From NCBI GenBank assembly GCA_040437565.1, contig JBDOQK010000019.1:62001-126000 (forward strand): a stretch of 64,000 bases of DNA, given 5' to 3'. Below the pieces are notes generated by a model. It made no database searches. It was not told the origin of the DNA and saw only the letters and a list, made by a program, of their open reading frames with translations. The position numbers and the translations under genes were made by a program. Source of the DNA: Albugo candida (Eukaryota). Numbering within the stretch: position 1 is the stretch's first letter; each line of letters begins with the position of its first letter. This document shows, piece by piece, positions 61,093-64,000 of this stretch.

Positions 61093-61647
61093 TCAATGCA
61101 AGCGCAGGTCGTCGAGCAAGCGGCTAATTCAGGCAATGCTCTATTTCCAGACACAGGTCAGAAATAGATGATCTCCCTTGACGTAAGGCTCATAACACAA
61201 ATTCTCCTTCAGAATGGATCGTGGACGTCGGGCGATTCCCACNNNNNNNNNNNNNNNNNNNNNNNNNNNNNNNNNNNNNNNNNNNNNNNNNNNNNNNNNN
61301 NNNNNNNNNNNNNNNNNNNNNNNNNNNNNNNNNNNNNNNNNNTTCACCTCATCTGTACGCTTATATACTCGATCGAATTCAATTGCTTCAGCTAATTCCT
61401 TCTCCAAAGCTCTCACATTCAAAACTCCGTCCTCGGACAACAACGGCTTCTGCACCATCGACTCGTGACCTTTCAAGATCGCACTTTGGCTTGCCATTCA
61501 ATGCAAGCGCAGGTCGTCGAGCAAGCGGCTAATTCAGGCAATGCTCTATTTCCAGACACAGGTCAGAAATAGATGATCTCTCTTGACGTAAGGCTCATAA
61601 CACAAATTCTCCTTCAGAATGGATCGTGGACGTCGGGCGATTCCCAC
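60938..61647. repeat. Gap-flanking direct duplication (60938-61242 = 61343-61647), probable haplotype/assembly artefact
   Basis: One visible SNP between the copies (61176 C / 61581 T). Confidence 0.9.
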
Positions 61648-62143
61648 GCTGAACAAGCATACAGACACGAAATATTACCAAAAATGTCAAGAAATCCATC
61701 GGAAAAAACTGCTTTCGATAAAATCGACCATAAACAACTTGGAACCACATCGTCCGGTTCATTTCGGACGGAATTTGAAAAAGGAGCAATTGAAAGAAGA
61801 ACGCTACGCAGAAATCGATCGAGAGAATCGAATTTTGCTCGAAAAGATGGAGCAGATCATGCAGAACGAAACAGGTGAATTCAAGCCTTCTTCTTCCGTG
61901 CGGTATGGCCACAGCCTCAATAAGGATTTGAGAAAACGACAATTGCACAAAATCACACAAGAGAATCAAGCGATTTTGAACCGGATTCAGATGCAGACGC
62001 CCACGTACGATCACTTGCAATGGGAAGAAGATGCACGACAGAACCAGAAAATCGCGAGAAATATCAGTGAATTTGCATCGAACAAACCAAAAGATGGGAA
62101 CAATGATCGACGTAGAGTGACTCCAGATGACTCGTTCTTGTAG
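61619..62143 (+). CDS. CFAP97/KIAA1430 (Hemingway)-domain cilia-associated protein
   Basis: HRKKLLSIKSTINN..P, EERYAEIDRENRILLEKM, SLNKDLRKRQLHKITQENQAILNRI. Confidence 0.85.
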   Translation: MDRGRRAIPTLNKHTDTKYYQKCQEIHRKKLLSIKSTINNLEPHRPVHFGRNLKKEQLKEERYAEIDRENRILLEKMEQIMQNETGEFKPSSSVRYGHSLNKDLRKRQLHKITQENQAILNRIQMQTPTYDHLQWEEDARQNQKIARNISEFASNKPKDGNNDRRRVTPDDSFL

Positions 62144-62378
62144 CCAATGTGACAATGTCTTATTGAGAATTTATCAGTAATGAAAGTTTCCCAGCGTACT
62201 CGTATCGCTGCTTTGATCCCTGAAAGACGTTCTCGTTGGATGTTTGGGACTGTTTTCATGGGTTTTATTGCTGTATATACCGTCTTCACTTGCGGGCAAA
62301 AATGACATCAAATTATATTGCGGCCGGAGATGCACGAAAGCCCCATGCGCTCACAAGCCGAGGTGCCCAGTATCAAGG

Positions 62379-64000
62379 CTACGTGTAATCTCTTGCCAGC
62401 GCCAAATGCGAGCAAGTTCGACGGCGTAGTCTCCGAATCGACGGCATCACTGAGGTCCATTTAAATAATTGAGATAAAATACAGGTCGAGAACCATACAG
62501 TCACTAATAATGAGAGAGAGGCTTCCGAGCTAAAAAATGTAAATACAGCCAATTTTTCTTGAATAGGGGCGGTTAGTTGGCCAAACACGCTCACAATGAA
62601 TCTGAACTCATCCGTGAGTAATTTCTTAACCCACAAGCGGAAAACGTACAATTTATGAGTCGCATGATAGATGACACTTGACCATATGATACAGCAGGAA
62701 TAGCCTTGAATCCAGCACATAATGATCCGAGACCCGACCAAGAGCAATGTGAAAGAGGAGATGACATAAATCAGATGGAAATCTCTCGTCTCGGTCACCA
62801 GGTAGCCAGATCCATTCGGTACGACTTGCATAGCTTCGACAATAATCATCGGCCAATGCCAGGACGCCCAAATAATGCCTGTAATGGCTGATGCTAGCAC
62901 TGAACTATGACTAAAGATGATCTCTAGCGCTAGAACGAGAATGATAACAACAGCCATGGACTTCATAATCGAGTGAGTAAGTACCTGGGAATAAAGACCC
63001 ACTCCATCCGATTTCTTCCAAGAAGGCCAACAAGAGCCAGCTGCAGCCTGCATTGATTATCAGCAACATTCATCACCAGTGCAAAACGTATTCTTCTAAC
63101 CGATCGACTGAGATCCAATCGAAAGACCGAAATCATATCGACTTGGTGGAAGTGGATCCCACCAAATACCAAGCAAGCAGATATACAAAATGTAAAACAC
63201 CAAGCCTGAGTCTAACGCGTCAACATTATTAAAGCTGAAAATTAATTCCAGTTTGTGCACAAAAACCCGATTAAACTATCAGAAAAATCAGATATTCAAC
63301 TCTGCTTCCTCACTGCTCCGAAGCACGTACCGGATTGACCATTCGCGTCGCTGCTGTGAAAGAGAATGCCGCTACTTCACAAAGTACTGGAATGGTAAAG
63401 CTCAATAACGACAGTCGGAGCATCGCATGCGCTGGATAACACCGAAATAAATGTCGAAATGGAGGAATGTTCCAATTCGGCGGTGTATGACAAGCCTGCA
63501 GCCGCTGTTTTGCGACTAAAGCGTGCGTTAGTATCCCATACAAAACATCTATTCAAAGACGTACTGTGTCGTAGTGCGAGGGAAGCACAGTACGGACTAC
63601 TCAGCCACACAAGTCGACACACGAAAACATGCACACTTTGTGACGGAATGCCCCATTCTTTACAGAATATAAGTCCGGTGATCGATATGATAGTCATTGA
63701 GAACAACAGCACTAAGAAAGCAATCACAGCGTCACGATATGCGCATGTCACATCAGAAGTGAATAAGCCGTGAAAAAAGTATCCGTAGCGATGATGGTGG
63801 TACTGATTGGGTGGTTGTATGAGCGGATAGTGTTCCTCCCAAATGGTGGTTTTTTTCTTCTTTAGGGATTGTGGCTTAGCGGTGAGAGGACCGAGCTTAG
63901 AGGTACCGGGTTCTTTTATGACTGGATGGCTCGTATCGATCCAATTGGAAGTTGGAGGTATCGAATAAACACCGGAATTATAGTCAGTTTGCGACGAATT
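62379..64000 (-). CDS. CPBP/Abi (type II CAAX protease-like) intramembrane protein, multi-exon, 5' end beyond the window
   Basis: Spliced FLEEIGWSGSLFP, GIIWASWHWP, IWSSVIYHATH. The upstream frame stays open to position 64000. Confidence 0.72.

Overview
This is a gene-dense eukaryotic draft scaffold with short GT-AG introns, almost certainly from an oomycete. It carries two GP42/Pep-13-type transglutaminase elicitor genes, HGGG zinc-finger repeats and flagellar genes; the very compact layout suggests an Albugo-like genome (inference only). About 27 protein-coding genes are supported: Tubby-like, MO25, TAF6, LRR+C2, TIGR01589-domain, LRR, AlaRS, two TGase elicitors, NOL9/Grc3, WDR82, At4g00755-like, RPL13, MYND+CCDC53-like repeats, a receiver-NEK kinase-DEP-DUF547 fusion, androglobin-like, RING+HGGG zinc finger, eIF3k, FCP1, Gbp2-like, aminopeptidase P, CE2 esterase, LysE-like, CCDC103, CFAP97-like, CPBP and two hypotheticals. 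Nine of eleven 100-N gaps are flanked by near-identical direct duplications that look like assembly artefacts and break several ORFs. The most striking item is an intronless ~937-aa protein joining a two-component receiver domain (phosphoacceptor Asp intact) to a NIMA-type kinase and a DEP-DUF547 module. It lies head-to-head with a MYND-finger gene built from three exon-encoded CCDC53/formin-type repeats. No rRNA, tRNA, CRISPR or transposon was recognised. All family calls come from motif recognition, not database searches, and exon boundaries were inferred by eye.
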